Origin: Lophium mytilinum
Taxonomy: Eukaryota
Length of the DNA stretch: 64,000 bases
Direction of reading: 5' to 3'
Assembly (NCBI GenBank): GCA_010093605.1
Contig: MU004183.1
Location: 558,001-622,000 of the forward strand
Position numbers and translations under genes: made by a program. Below are positions 11,797 to 24,166 of the stretch, one piece after another. The notes beneath the pieces are model-generated. The model worked only from the letters and a program-made list of their open reading frames with translations. It did not search any database and had not been told where the DNA came from. Positions within the stretch are counted from its first letter, which is position 1, and each line of letters opens with the position of its first letter.

Positions 11797-13132
11797 ATGG
11801 CAACATCTCGTTCACCATCGCAATCGTGTGAAGATACGGTTGCATTCCAGGATCAAGATTCTTTAGAAGGTCTTCAAGATGAATTAGTCGAAGTCCATCC
11901 ATACTCGAACCCCGCAGGCCCTACTCTAATGGACGGCATCGAAGTCGCATCTCAGCCCGAGACCGTCGGATCGAGGAAAGTAGCAGCAGAAATAGCCCCG
12001 GATACGCTTCCAGTGCCGCCCCATGGTGGGAGTGAATTTGAACCTGAAGTCCAGTCCAGTCCGTGTGCTTCAGAGGTAGCTTCCTACGATGAGCTACAGT
12101 CTGAGCTCACCAAGGAGCGGGGTACTCGTGTAAATGCAGAGAACGAGCTGCGGAAGATGGAAACTGAGCTCAAGGATATTCGACAGCGTTGGAAGCTAAC
12201 AGCGCGCGAACTTGGAATAATCCAGAGAAAAGGCCAAGGTTCCGGGTTCTACCAGGTTACGGACGATTATCTGATTGGATTGATAACGCGATTGAGATAC
12301 AACATTCAGAATATCTCTATCCAGTACTTTTCAGAGCGCCTTGGGAGGGCTTCAAGACCTCCAAAGAACGGTGTTCTTTACGCGTTCATGAGATCCACCA
12401 CTCCTGGATCTGACGATTTTCTTGAATATTTGACTCATCCGGCGCTGCGCCCCAAGGTTATTGAGGCGTTCTTTTGGAGGGTTCTTGTGAGCAGACTGTT
12501 TTATAATTTCAAATGGGCCGGCAGGACGTTCCTCTCGATGTGGGAACTGTACCGCGTACTAGAACCTAGTGAGTATAATTTTGAAGCATCTTAGGAGAGA
12601 TCACGTCCGCTAACGCCTGTTCGAAGGTCACCATGCAAACACAGACTGGAAAGCTTGTCCCAACCCAGAGGCAGAAAAGAAATATCATATTTGGAGAAGC
12701 AACACGGTTGCTCTTCTGTTAGATTCGATGGATGAAAAGTTGAGCCATAAAGCAGACGAAACGCTGCCACGATGGAAGGCCAGATTTTTCGACCAAGTTG
12801 GGGTCATGATCAGTTCGTACCGAGCCTCCCACGTGAGGGATTATAGAGAGGAATTTATGAGAATTATTGATGAGGCGCTCGAGCTTGACAAAGAGATCAG
12901 CAGACAGGTAACTGGGATACAATTCTTATTTCAAGCGATAGATAGCAATCCCGATTTCGACTGCTCTACGATGGAGCGAGAGAAGGGGGTTAAGGTGTCG
13001 GGAAACAAGCAGAAGGTCCTCCTCGTAACGTCCCCAGCCGTCGTGAAAAGAGGAAGATCGACCGGTGAGGGCTTCAATGAAGCAACCTTGCTGTTACGTT
13101 CGGAGCTGTTGTGTGAGGACCGTCGCACATGA
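11797..13132 (+). CDS. Coiled-coil hypothetical protein (about 425 aa) with GrpE-like C-terminus, divergent partner of the Hsp70 gene
   Basis: ATG 11797; intron 12569-12626 (GTGAGT..CTAAC..AAG) joins the two ORFs in frame. Acidic disordered N-terminus, heptad region (ELQSELTKER...LKDIRQRWK), helical middle, C-terminal FDxxxME...VLLVTSPAVVKRG...LLLRSELLC. Confidence 0.8.
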
Positions 13133-13625
13133 AGTCAGTCATGGATTCTACCAGTCTTATTGCAATCCAGAGCTGCGGAAGAAGATGGTCAAGATGAGAT
13201 GAAGGTGGATTGTGATGCAAAACGGGAAGGAACCCCGGAAGGTCCGAGCAACCACAGGATCACGTGGCCAGAACTTTACAAAGACGGCATCATAAGTCCA
13301 AAATAACGCCAGATAATTGAAACTTGAGAGAACGTCACGTTTCAAGGCTTCCGGTCTTTACGATAGCTCTAGAGCACACATGTTAAGAATCAAGTCTCCA
13401 ATTTCTGTTTCCAAGCAACCTCAGTCATCATCACTTTGATAGTCCGTATTCAACATTTTCGTTCGCTGAGATTGATTAGTTAAGGGTGAGCTGTACATAC
13501 ATGAGACACCATATCACTATGGCTGCCAACAGAACTGGAATGATTGGCCATTTCTGGGATTCAAACCATTACACCGCTACTCAAATGCATATACACGTCT
13601 CGCATTACCTCTGCCACCCAGCACC

Positions 13626-15784
13626 CTAATCCGCAACCGTCAATGCCTCAAAGGCCGTCTCAACATCCCTGAGGCTCTCTCCCACCCTCAACCCTTTCGT
13701 CTTGACCACAGTCTCGGCTTTTTTCTCTCTATACTCCCTCCCCAACACCTCCATCACCTTTCCCATCCCCGCCTCTGCGCCCCTCTCCTCTAACCCCTTC
13801 TTCACTCGACCGAAGTTCTCCTTCACAAACGCTCTATACTCGCCACCAGCACTACTCCCCTCCTCTCCATCTACGACTTTGCCCCGGGGAACCGGCCTCG
13901 TCTGCACCAACTTCCCCCTACACTTCCCACACGTATGCCGCGCTGGATCGACGCTTCTACTATGCCTTTTAAACTCGTAGCCACACCCCTCACACTCCCA
14001 GACAAACTTGAACTCGATCTCGTAACTATGCTTCGTCGTGACCTCGATGCCTTGGTCGCCGAACAGCCGACCAACTTTCCGCGCCCAGGCTTTAAATTCC
14101 GCGCCGTGAGGCTGCGTGCGCTGCCCATCGATCATGAAAGTCGCGAGATGGCAGAACTCGTGCGCGAGGACGTTGCGGAGACGGTCGGGGTTGTCGATTA
14201 CTTTTGTTGCGAGTTCTATGGATGCGTGATTGCGGTATTTTGTTTCCACTGTCCCGTCCGGGGCACGCGTGCGGAAGGTTTCGCGCCGCCAATTTGCGCG
14301 GCCGGCGGTGGTTTTGAGTGTTTTGCTCCAGACAATCTTGGTACCGCCGGTTGAGGCTGTGAGGGCAGCGATTTGAGAAGATGTGGTGAGGGCATCCAGC
14401 TCGGTAAGGAAGGCGTGGGCGAGGGTGTCCTTTTCGGTCTCGAAATCCTTGCGGGCTTTGCGGGCAGCTGCGACCGCGGGGTCAGCTTTCTTAGATGGAC
14501 TTCTTGACTTCTTGGGTGATGAGGTGGGAGAGTCGTCTGAGTCATTATTTGCAAGGAACTTGGGCTTTCGGGGCGAAATGAGAGGCTTGGAGGGAGAGTA
14601 GGTGTCGTTCCAGGTGTTGATTACATCGGCAGACCAGAAAGCATCGAGGCTTGGACGGATGTGGGGAGGAGTTGGAATCCGGGGCTTCGCTTTTGACGGT
14701 GATTGGAGCCGAGATTTTGATGGGCTAGCTGGAGCAGGTGGTGGTGTGCTTGGGCGAGAACAATCAGGGGCAGCTTTGCGTGGCGAGTAGTTGCGTGGTG
14801 GGGAGCTGGGTCGATCGTCAGTATAAAACTTTGAAGAACATAATGGCTTTCTACTTACTACTGAAGCATAGCGTGGTGATCGTTTGAGGATGAGCTATTT
14901 GGCCGATTCGCAGTATTAGGAAGAGTGACAGGTCTCGGAAGCTGTTTCGGTCGTAATGGCTTCTTGGCCGGGGAAGGCGATGCTGTTAGGTCTATGACGG
15001 CCGAAACTGGCTCAGAAGTTGATCTTGCGGCATTCTCCAAAGATTTGCTTTTCGATTTATCATCTTTCCGCGACTTAGGCAATACCGGGGCGGGTTTACT
15101 CCTCTTTGATTCCGCCTCCGTTTCTGAAGCCTCGGTATCACTTGGGTCTGTGCCGCAACAGATACTCTCCTCTTCCTCAACTTCTTCGACCTCTTCAACC
15201 TCAGCTTCGACCTCCTTTGACTTCTCAGGCTCAGAAGACCTAGCATTTCTGCTCTTCTTCTCCGTCCTCGAAATCAAAACCTGCCTCCCACTCCCACCCT
15301 CCTTCCTCCTCCCTTTCTTCTCCAAAATCCTCGACTCTTCCAACGTCAACTTCTGCAGCAACGTCGTATTAACCGCCACCGGCCCCAAAACCCTTTGTCT
15401 GCGTTTCGGCGTATCTTTCGCTTTGGGCACCATCCCCACCCCTTTTCCCTTCTCCTTTCTCACAGCAGGCTCCTCCTCTTCCTCATCACTAGACTCCACA
15501 ATCCTCCTCCTCCTCACCGGCGCCACTACTGATCCCGCCTCTTTCGCCTTCCCTTTCCCAACCACCCCACCCGGTTTCCGCATCAAAATCTCTTCCAAGT
15601 CTGGCAGACTCTCATCCTCACTATTTCCACTCTCCTCCTCACTATCCCCACTCCCTTCAGCCTCCGATTCCGGCTCCGACGCACTCTCAAAATCCTCATC
15701 CGAGTCCGTGACTTTCTGCAGCGGCTTCTGCGACTTTTTCTGCGCCGGCTTCTGCACCAGCGCCGGGTTGCGCAACCTCGCCAT
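13626..15784 (-). CDS. SprT-like metalloprotease (GCNA/ACRC type)
   Basis: Long acidic/basic disordered N-terminus, intron 14806-14858, then WSKTLKTTAGRA, HEFCH zinc motif, CxxC..CxxC finger and an HMG-box-like tail (YRAFVKENF...MEVLGREY). Confidence 0.87.
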
Positions 15785-16442
15785 GCCTCAATCCAACGCG
15801 TTTGGCGTCGACGGAGCCAAAGGACGAAAACAATATCCAAGGTTACCAAAGAAATAAGTAGTGGTGTGTCGGGTCGAGTTGCAAGGCTAGGGCAGTAATG
15901 GGAACGGTAAGGCTGGCTGGTGGACCGAAGTTCGCGGTTTCGCGATGTTTTGGGTTGTGGTTGGTGCGGCAACGGCGCAAATCACGTGACTAACTAACCC
16001 CGATGAGCGGAATCGAGCACAGCATTCACCACCTGCAGTGGGGTGAGGGTAAAGTATTTCATGTAGACTTTCCGCTGAATAATAGACATCAACAGCAATC
16101 ATGAGGTATGTGGCATATACAGAACAATCATCAAAAGGAAAACCCAGAAAAACTTTGCTACCAAACAGCTACATACAGATAGAGAGGCTTCTAAAGCACC
16201 ATCCCATCCACCACGCACGCAGAAGAATACAGTTGCATTGACGGGCCGCAAGTTTCATCATCGCATGCATCGCATCGCTCGGACAGTCATGTGCTTGCGT
16301 GCTCTCATTTCATCTCATCCGCATTCGTCCACCCCAGCTCCCCCCCGGATGATCGGGACTTAGGGATATACCTCCCAGGCCCTCTCGTCATGCTCTCTCA
16401 CTCGCTACTTTGATCTCGTCACGTAGACTGTCGATTTATCAT

Positions 16443-19236
16443 TTAAGCCTTCTTCTCCGCCGCCTTCTTGGCCATTGTGTTTAGCGCGCTACCGTTCTTG
16501 AACCACTCAATCTGGCCCTCGTTGAAGGTGTGCACAAGCTTGACGTCGAAGGTGCTGCTACCATCGTGTGGGTGGACCTTGAGGGTCATTGGCTTGCCGA
16601 CGGCGAGCTCGGTGATCAATAGATCGACCTTGTCCTCGGGCTGGATCTTATCGTAATCGGCCGGCTCGGCGAAGACCAGAGGAAGCATACCCTGCTTCTT
16701 CAAGTTCGTTTCATGCTGTGGCAAGTAAGCAGTTGTCTGCATGTTATTAGCGCAATAGAGTACTCACGATACGGGCGAAAGATCGGGTAATGATGGCGAG
16801 ACCGCCAAGATGCCTGGGCTCCAACGCAGCGTGTTCTCGAGATGAACCCTCTCCGTAGTTCCAGTCACCGACAACAACCCATGGGATGCCATTCTTCTTA
16901 TAGTCCCGTGCAGTGGCCGGGACAGCATCGTAGTCTCCAGTTTGGAAGTTCTTGACCTTGTTGGCCTCGCCGTTCTCGGCATTGATGGCACCGATCAGCA
17001 TGTTGTTGGAGATGTTGTCGAGATGACCACGGTATTTCAACCAGGGACCAGCCACTGCATAATGTCAGAACGTGTTAAGGGATATAACCGGCCATAACAC
17101 TTACTGGAAATGTGATCAGTCGTAGTCTTGCCTTGAGTCTTGATAAGAATGGGGACATCGAGAGCATCCTTTCCATCCCAGGCCTTGAATGGCTCAAGAA
17201 TTTGAAGACGGTCAGACGTGGGGGAGACAGCGACGGAGACATTGGAGCGGTCGGCAGGAGGCGCCTGGTAGGTGTCCTGGCCTGGGTCGTACCCGTTGCG
17301 GGGAAGACCATCACCGTGAGGGGGCTTGAGCATGAACTCGTTGCCATCCTTGTCCTTAAGCGTATCAGTCAAGGGGTTGAAGTTCAAAGTACCGGCGATG
17401 GTCATGGCGACGACGAGATCGGGGGAGGTGACGAAAGCATGGGTGGCGGGATTAGCATCGTTACGGCCAGTGAAGTTACGGTTGTAGGAAGAGATGATCG
17501 AGTTGGGCTCGCCCTTCTTGACGTCCTTGCGGTCCCATTGGCCTAGTCATCTAAATTAGCAAGAGGCATCTATGAACAAGAAAAGGTATTCGTACCGATG
17601 CAAGGACCACAGGCGTTGGCGAGAACCATGCCACCAAACTCCTCAAAGGTCTTCAACTGTCCATCACGTTCGATAGTAGCGCGGATCTGCTCGGAGCCAG
17701 GGGTGACAGTGAACAGAGCATTGGCCTTGATACCATGGGACATGGCATCCTCGGCAATGTTGGCAGCACGGGACATATCCTCGTAGGAGGAGTTGGTGCA
17801 TGAACCAATCAAGCCGACCTTGAGGTCTTCCGGCCACTTGTTGGTCTTGACAGCCTCCTTCCACTTGCTGATGGGAGTGGCAAGATCAGGCGTGAAAGGA
17901 CCGTTGATGTAGGGTTCGAGTTCAGACAGGTTGATCTCGACCAGCTGGTCGTATTCGGCACCCTCGTCCTCACGGAGTTCAGCAGCGTACTCGCGGGCGA
18001 AGTCACCAATCTCGGTGCGCTTGGTGGCAGCTAGGTAGTCGTACATGCGGTCGTTGAACGGGAAGAGGGACGTGGTGGCACCGATCTCAGCACCCATGTT
18101 GCAGATGGTTCCCATACCCGTGCACGAGAGGGTGTTGGTGCCGGGACCGTGGTATTCGACAATGGCACCGGTTCCACCTTTGACGGTGAGGATGCCAGCG
18201 ACCTTGAGGATGATGTCTGAAACATGTTAGCTTTGTATATAAGAGCAACTAGCCAAGCAACATCTAGTGATAGCATCCAAGGAAACAATTTTGAAATGCA
18301 AATCGCCAATTGCATGTCGGCGCGCTCGCCAGCCATCTCATGTAAATACAGATGCGGAATCGACCCCACAGTGGTGTTGTCGCATCTAGTGTTCCCTTGA
18401 AATACCGTCGACGATAGCGCGCACGCTTGTTGCAGAGCTAATCGGAGGCTTGGTGGCGGGGCAATCCGCATAGCCGCAACATAATGAGAACACAACTCAC
18501 CCTTAGCAGAGGTCCAGCCGGACATCTCTCCAGTCAGCTTCACACCAATGACCTTGGGAGCCTTCAGTTCCCAAGGAAGGTCGGCCATGACGTCAACGGC
18601 ATCAGCTCCACCAACACCAATGGCCGCCATCCCGAGACCTCCGGCATTGGGAGTGTGGGAGTCGGTTCCGATCATGAGAGCACCGGGGAAGGCATAATTC
18701 TCCAGGATGATCTGGTGAATGATACCAGAGCCGGGCCTCCAGAACCCAATGTTGTATTTGGCGCACGAGGTGGACAGGAAGTCGTAAACCTCTTTGTTGA
18801 TGTCGTTGGCGCGAGCCAGATCCTTCACGCCGCCAACCTGGGCCTCAATCAAGTGGTCACAGTGAACGGTGCTAGGTGTGGCGACCGAGTCCATGCCAGC
18901 GGACATGAACTGCAGAATGGCCATCTGAGCGGTGGCATCCTGGCAGGCAACGCGGTCGGGGCGGAGCTTGAGGTAGCTGGAGCCACGCTCAATCTCCTGG
19001 CCATGCGGGTCGTCAAGATGGGAGTAGAGGATCTTCTCGGCGTAGGTGAGAGGGCGGTTGAGGCGGCCGCGCACGATGTTGAGGTTCTCGTTCATCTTTT
19101 TGTAGTTGATGTAGTGGCCCTTCTCCCAGTTGGTCATTTCGACCTTCCTAGAGAGCGGAGCGTCGCTGTGGGTTGCCAGCGAGCGCGAGCCCATGAGGCC
19201 CTGGCCTACACGGCCGAGCCGCGAGAACTTCTGCAT
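16443..19236 (-). CDS. ACO1: Mitochondrial aconitate hydratase
   Basis: [45 protein letters not shown] motifs; Arg/Ser-rich presequence from ATG 19236; several introns including 18217-18500. Confidence 0.98.
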
Positions 19237-19936
19237 CGTGGTGGTGGATTGGGGAGAGGGGAGAGGGTGGTGGTGGAGTGGGAAGAGGAGCGGAGAAGGA
19301 AACAAGCTGTAGTCAAGATAATAGCAAGATGCTCATTCGCCGACCGGAAGGCTGGCACGGCTGGCTGAAAGGCCTTTCCAATTTTATCCGAGGCAAGTGA
19401 AAAAGCAACGGTGCGACACAACTGCACGGCAATTCTTTCCCGTTCGGCCGGCACGTGAAAGCAGGGCACTCTGTTTTGATTATATAGCTACTACACAGTC
19501 GTGCCTGTGTCCGAGAATGCAACTTTCTTCTATATTGCGCTCGTATGCCTCGAAGTCGGGCAGCGTTGTTGCTGGAGGAGCCGCCCAAACTTCGCTTGAA
19601 CTGTTCGCAGCTGCTGCATTTGTGCCCCACTACAACTCCGGCCGCGGACCGCTATATATCGTGCAATGCCCTATTCCGACCTCTGAAAAGATGCAGTAGA
19701 GCTCAGGCAGCGACTCTAGACCGTGAATGCACATTTATTACCGCCTTTAAAAGCAATTGGAGCGCGTTGTGAGCTTATAAGAGTTGCGAGACGTCACTGG
19801 CCAGAGTCGCGCTAGTACGGGTTCGTGTGGCCGCTTTAACGGGATCCTGGCACTACTTTCATCCCGCTGTGCCCGTCTTCACGAGAAAAAAACTCGACGA
19901 GCATAACCGACATCCCGAACACCATACCGAGCCATC

Positions 19937-20357
19937 ATGCCGGCGATACGGGGCTCGCAGTCCAAGAAGAAGACGCGCCGGCACACCCGCGATCTCGACC
20001 AAATCCACGCCGATCTGACTGACGGCAAGCACCTGGACCAGTACAAGCAGACCCAGGCCGTCGAGGACTTGCCCGGCCTCGGCCAGTGGTACTGCACCGA
20101 ATGTGCGAAGTGGTTTGAAGGCGAGACCAACTTTCTGGGGCACAAGAAGGGGAGCAACCACAAGCGAAGGTGTGTGGGCATGTGCTGTTGTGGGTATTGA
20201 GCATCGACTAACGAATTCTAGGGTCAAAGCACTCCGCGAAGAACCACACTCACAGAAGGCGGCGGAGGCAGCAGTAGGAATTGGAACGGACAACGGGAAA
20301 CGCACAAATACAACACTCATGGAGATTGATGGTGGTGCAGCTGCAACAACAACGTAA
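19937..20357 (+). CDS. BUD20: C2H2 zinc-finger 60S biogenesis factor Bud20/ZNF593
   Basis: KTRRHTRDLDQI...EDLPGLGQWYCTECAKWF...HKRR, one intron (about 20170-20221), then VKALREEPHSQKAAEAAVG. Confidence 0.92.
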
Positions 20358-20847
20358 AGGGTTGTAAATCTCTTGGGGCTGAAATATTGCTACGACTCGA
20401 TGTACGAATAAAGGGGACCACAAAACTGCATGGCATGGCGTTTGGGATGGGCACTGCTTGGTTGGAGTGAGGCTACATGAAGCGCCGCTAGGCTACTGGG
20501 CTACAAGAGTGTAGACGCCGTTTCAGGAAATCTCAGCGTTGCCTATGTGCCGCCTGGTTGATGCCTTTACAAAAAGCGAAGAAAGATTAGAGGAGAAGAA
20601 CATCTGAAACGGAGAAGAGTCTACTTGATACCCTCAGCAAATAGAATGCTAAAGTTACCTCTATGAAATGCTTTGAAATCTAGGTGCCGACTAGGTAGAA
20701 ACATTTCGCTGCCTGACCATCTGCCTACTGCTACCTGCATCCACTATCGCCAAATAATATTTATATAATGCAAGACGGTTCTCCTTCATCCACATAACAA
20801 CGACAGCCTGCAAGCCACTTCACCAAAGCACTACTCGAACAATAATT

Positions 20848-21695
20848 ATGTCGTTTCAACACACCAAACTCTTCGGTGGCGCCATAGTCGCTGACCTCCC
20901 AACCGAGTTTGGCGATGTGAGGTTCGTCTATCCAATCCCTTCACTCCCACCACCCTTGCTAACCTTGCTATCCACAAAGCGACATACGCCAAGTGCCCGA
21001 CACCCAGGAAGTCTATCTCGATGCCAACGGGTTTACCTCCATCATCTTCGACATCCTCCAGCGGGTCGAACATGCTGCCTCCGACGAAGCAGCACTAAAG
21101 GTGCATTTTCAAGACATCGTAGACGGCAGCGGGGACGCTACAAAGTTCTACGAGGTCAAGCAGACAACGTTGGGAAAGATGCCGTAAGCCTTATTCTAAT
21201 TTTCCATGATTCTTTTCCTACGTTCAATATCATATTTTTCCTATAGTCATTGCGTTAAGGAAGTCTTCATCATTACGTGCCTTGGCCTCTGCCATTTGCC
21301 CTCTTCTACTTCTATCGCATTATAGTTCAAGACAAAGCTTTACTGGGCCCTGTGCTAATTGCCTCCATAGCTCCACTCCAGCCCATACGCTTCTCGCCAT
21401 CCAAACACCCACACCGCCAACTCCCGCACCTGGGTCTCTCTCCACCATAGCTCCACCCTCCCGCAATCCCCAGCCGGACTTTACCGCCATCCTGCTCACG
21501 CTCGTACGGCTCGTGGAGCAGAAGACTGACATCGTGATCGCCATCAACGTACCGCATGCGGCTGGAGAGTATGCTATCGGAAGTGTGGATTTGGAGAACG
21601 GAAAGGCGGGCGTCATGCTTGAAACGGCAGCAATGGTGCGGGAGAAGGTTCTAGCGAGCTTGGAAGTCAAGGACTGGGGCCTATTTGTTAACTAG
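20848..21695 (+). CDS. MOG1: Ran guanine-nucleotide release factor Mog1
   Basis: LFGGAI, VPDTQEVY, SIIFDIL, LVRL..KTDIVIAINVP and terminal VKDWGLF motifs over three exons. Confidence 0.88.
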
Positions 21696-22404
21696 GTAAT
21701 CACTTGCATGATTTAGAGGTGGAAGTCTGGAAGGAAGTTTAGAAGGATTTGGTGACCTGGGAATAGTCATAGGAATTGGAATAGGATCGGCTTTCATGGC
21801 GGAGATTTAGGAAATATAACTACGTGACGATGCTACCTAGTTAATGAGCTGTCTAAAAGTACAAGGCCGTCTTCAAAGACGCTTTTGATTTGTGCATTTC
21901 CATGTCGATGCTATTTTAGAACTAGCGTGGTCCTTTAACGAATCTTCTTCAGCTCGCCTCGACGCTCGACTGACCATGATTCATGACTCCCTATCTTACG
22001 ACGACGATTCCTAGCGGTGAACGGCTATGACAGTTGCAACACAAGACACCTTGGTAGCTACGATGCTCTCCGCGATGGCGACATCGAGTAACTAAGGCGT
22101 CTTGGAGCCACACTTTACAGACCCTAGCCACTACCTCGACAACAAGAGCTAGCAAGGTTCTCCCTAGTCGTAAGGCTGCGAGTGGTTGCCGCACGACTAG
22201 AGTCATATTAAGGAGGCTAAGGATTATAAAGATAACGGAAAACCCCCGGGTGTTTGACATCGACATATCATCTGGACAAGCATTGCACATCAAAAGCTTC
22301 GAGCCGCATGCGGACCCACAATTATCTTTTACACCGGCATTCCCGAACACAAGATTACAGGAGCACATCGGAGCTTACTGGTTAATACTCTGCGACTACA
22401 GAAG

Positions 22405-24092
22405 ATGCCCTCAAGAGCACGGCAGAACTGCTGGACGTGCAAAGGTTTATCTCACACGCATCACCACCGCGGCTTGCTGACTTATCAAAGATCGGAAGAT
22501 CGGATGTGACAGAACTTTGCCCACATGCCAGAACTGCTCAAGGACGAACCGCTTGTGTCAAGGCTATGGCATGAAGCTTGCTTGGCCTGACACCAAGTCT
22601 GACGGCAGACGCAAGCAAAAGCGGTACTCAGTAGAGTGCAACCTCACTCAACTATCGTCGCGCTACAGGAAACTTCGAGGGGGGCTAGCGTTCCTCAACA
22701 CTACTGTCTTTGATCTGAGAGGCGATGTGCCCTCTCTCCAGGATCTGTTCACTGAGAACCCCTCCGATGTCATGGCTCCAAGCATCATGAGAAGTCTTTC
22801 TTTGAATCCGGCACTGACTGGGAACGATGGCCTTCTACTATCGTATTGTAATTAGCACATATCGCTCTCCACTTTATAACCAGCTAACATTAGTGGAGAT
22901 GATTCCGTTCTAGCCCGGATGATCACAACGATTGACGACGACAATAATGGTTTTCGAACGAACATCTTACCCATGGCACTTTCATCCGATGAATCTTCAA
23001 TCAGCCTTCTCAAGGCAACCTTAGCATTGGCATCGTTCCACATGTCCAAAACAGAAGACGCAATAGAGTACAAGATGGCCGCATTCCAAAAGCTATGCAT
23101 CTCCTTCCAAAGAAATAAAAATTCTAAAGCAGCGCAAGCGGCCTCTTGCATGATGCTATGCGTCTACAGCGTATGGTTTCGCTAAAACCGCAGTATGCTA
23201 CTAGCTGCTGACGAAAAGATTCAGGTTTTTGATCCTACGGACTCAAGTTGGCCACTGCATCTCAAGGGTGCGAAGGATGTACTTCAAGGGGTACCCGAAG
23301 ACGCCCGCACAGAGTTCCCACTTCCATTTCTTTCCGTCTGGGTAGACTATCACGACATCCTCAGCGAGTATAGCCAGCGCTATCCTACATTCTTAGGGAC
23401 GTCGGCTAGCGATGTAGTACTCCCTACCAGCGTTGACAATGATTCCAAGGTGATTACTCAAAAACAGAGAAGTCTGATCCATAGGAACAACTGACACAAT
23501 GCAGATCGTAGGACTACTTGGTTGTTCCCCCGAAGTCATGAGGCTTATAAGGTGCATAAATCATCTTAGAGCTTTGCGTGTACGCACGCACAGACTAGAC
23601 TCCGGAATTGACAGACTTGCCTCTATCATTCGCTCTCGACTACAGGTCTTGAATCAAGAGGTTTCCTTTCGCCTGGGACAGAACGCAGGTGCCGTCGATG
23701 CGGGACGTGTGAGGCGCACAGCCGAGTTCTACCGAATTGGGGCTCTCTTATACCTACATCAAGTGGTACCTGAGTCTTCTCTAACTGCAGAATATGTCCC
23801 AGGCCTTGTCCAAGAAGCTTTCGAGCTTATGGACTCGATGGAGATCTGTACCAGCCCGTGGCCTCTGTTTATGTTGGCGTGCCATGTCACATCGGACGTT
23901 GATAGAATCAGGGTCCTTGCCATTCTGGACTCTATGGACGAGAAGAGACGAATCGGCAATGTTCAGATTATCAGAGGTATTATCAAAACTCTGTGGAAGC
24001 AAAATGATCTGTGTTCCGATCAGAAGACTCGAATCGATGTTGACTGGCGGGATCTTATTGACACAAGCGAGGGAATTCCTTCTTTCATCTGA
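22405..24092 (+). CDS. Zn(II)2Cys6 transcription factor with fungal-specific TF (Fungal_trans_2-type) domain
   Basis: Spliced CWTCK-DRKIGCDRTLPTCQNCSRTNRLC cluster from ATG 22405; downstream exons with W..HL.GA and WPLFM motifs. Confidence 0.88.
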
Positions 24093-24166
24093 GCAGCTGC
24101 GCCGTCCCAGGGAGAGCTTATACGATTCCCCGAAAGCAAAACTAACGCGAGAGAGAATTTCGTCCT

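Noticed and set aside
14925..15857. 310-aa Ser/Phe-rich + strand ORF
   Set aside because: Antisense shadow of the Glu/Lys-rich exon of the SprT/GCNA gene.
18484..19368. 294-aa + strand ORF (and similar ORFs opposite SMC4, DAL3 and the NLR)
   Set aside because: Antisense to strongly codon-biased real genes; no independent motifs.
22164..22200. 8-bp inverted repeat CTAGTCGT..ACGACTAG
   Set aside because: Too short; no target-site duplication or transposase; expected by chance in 64 kb.
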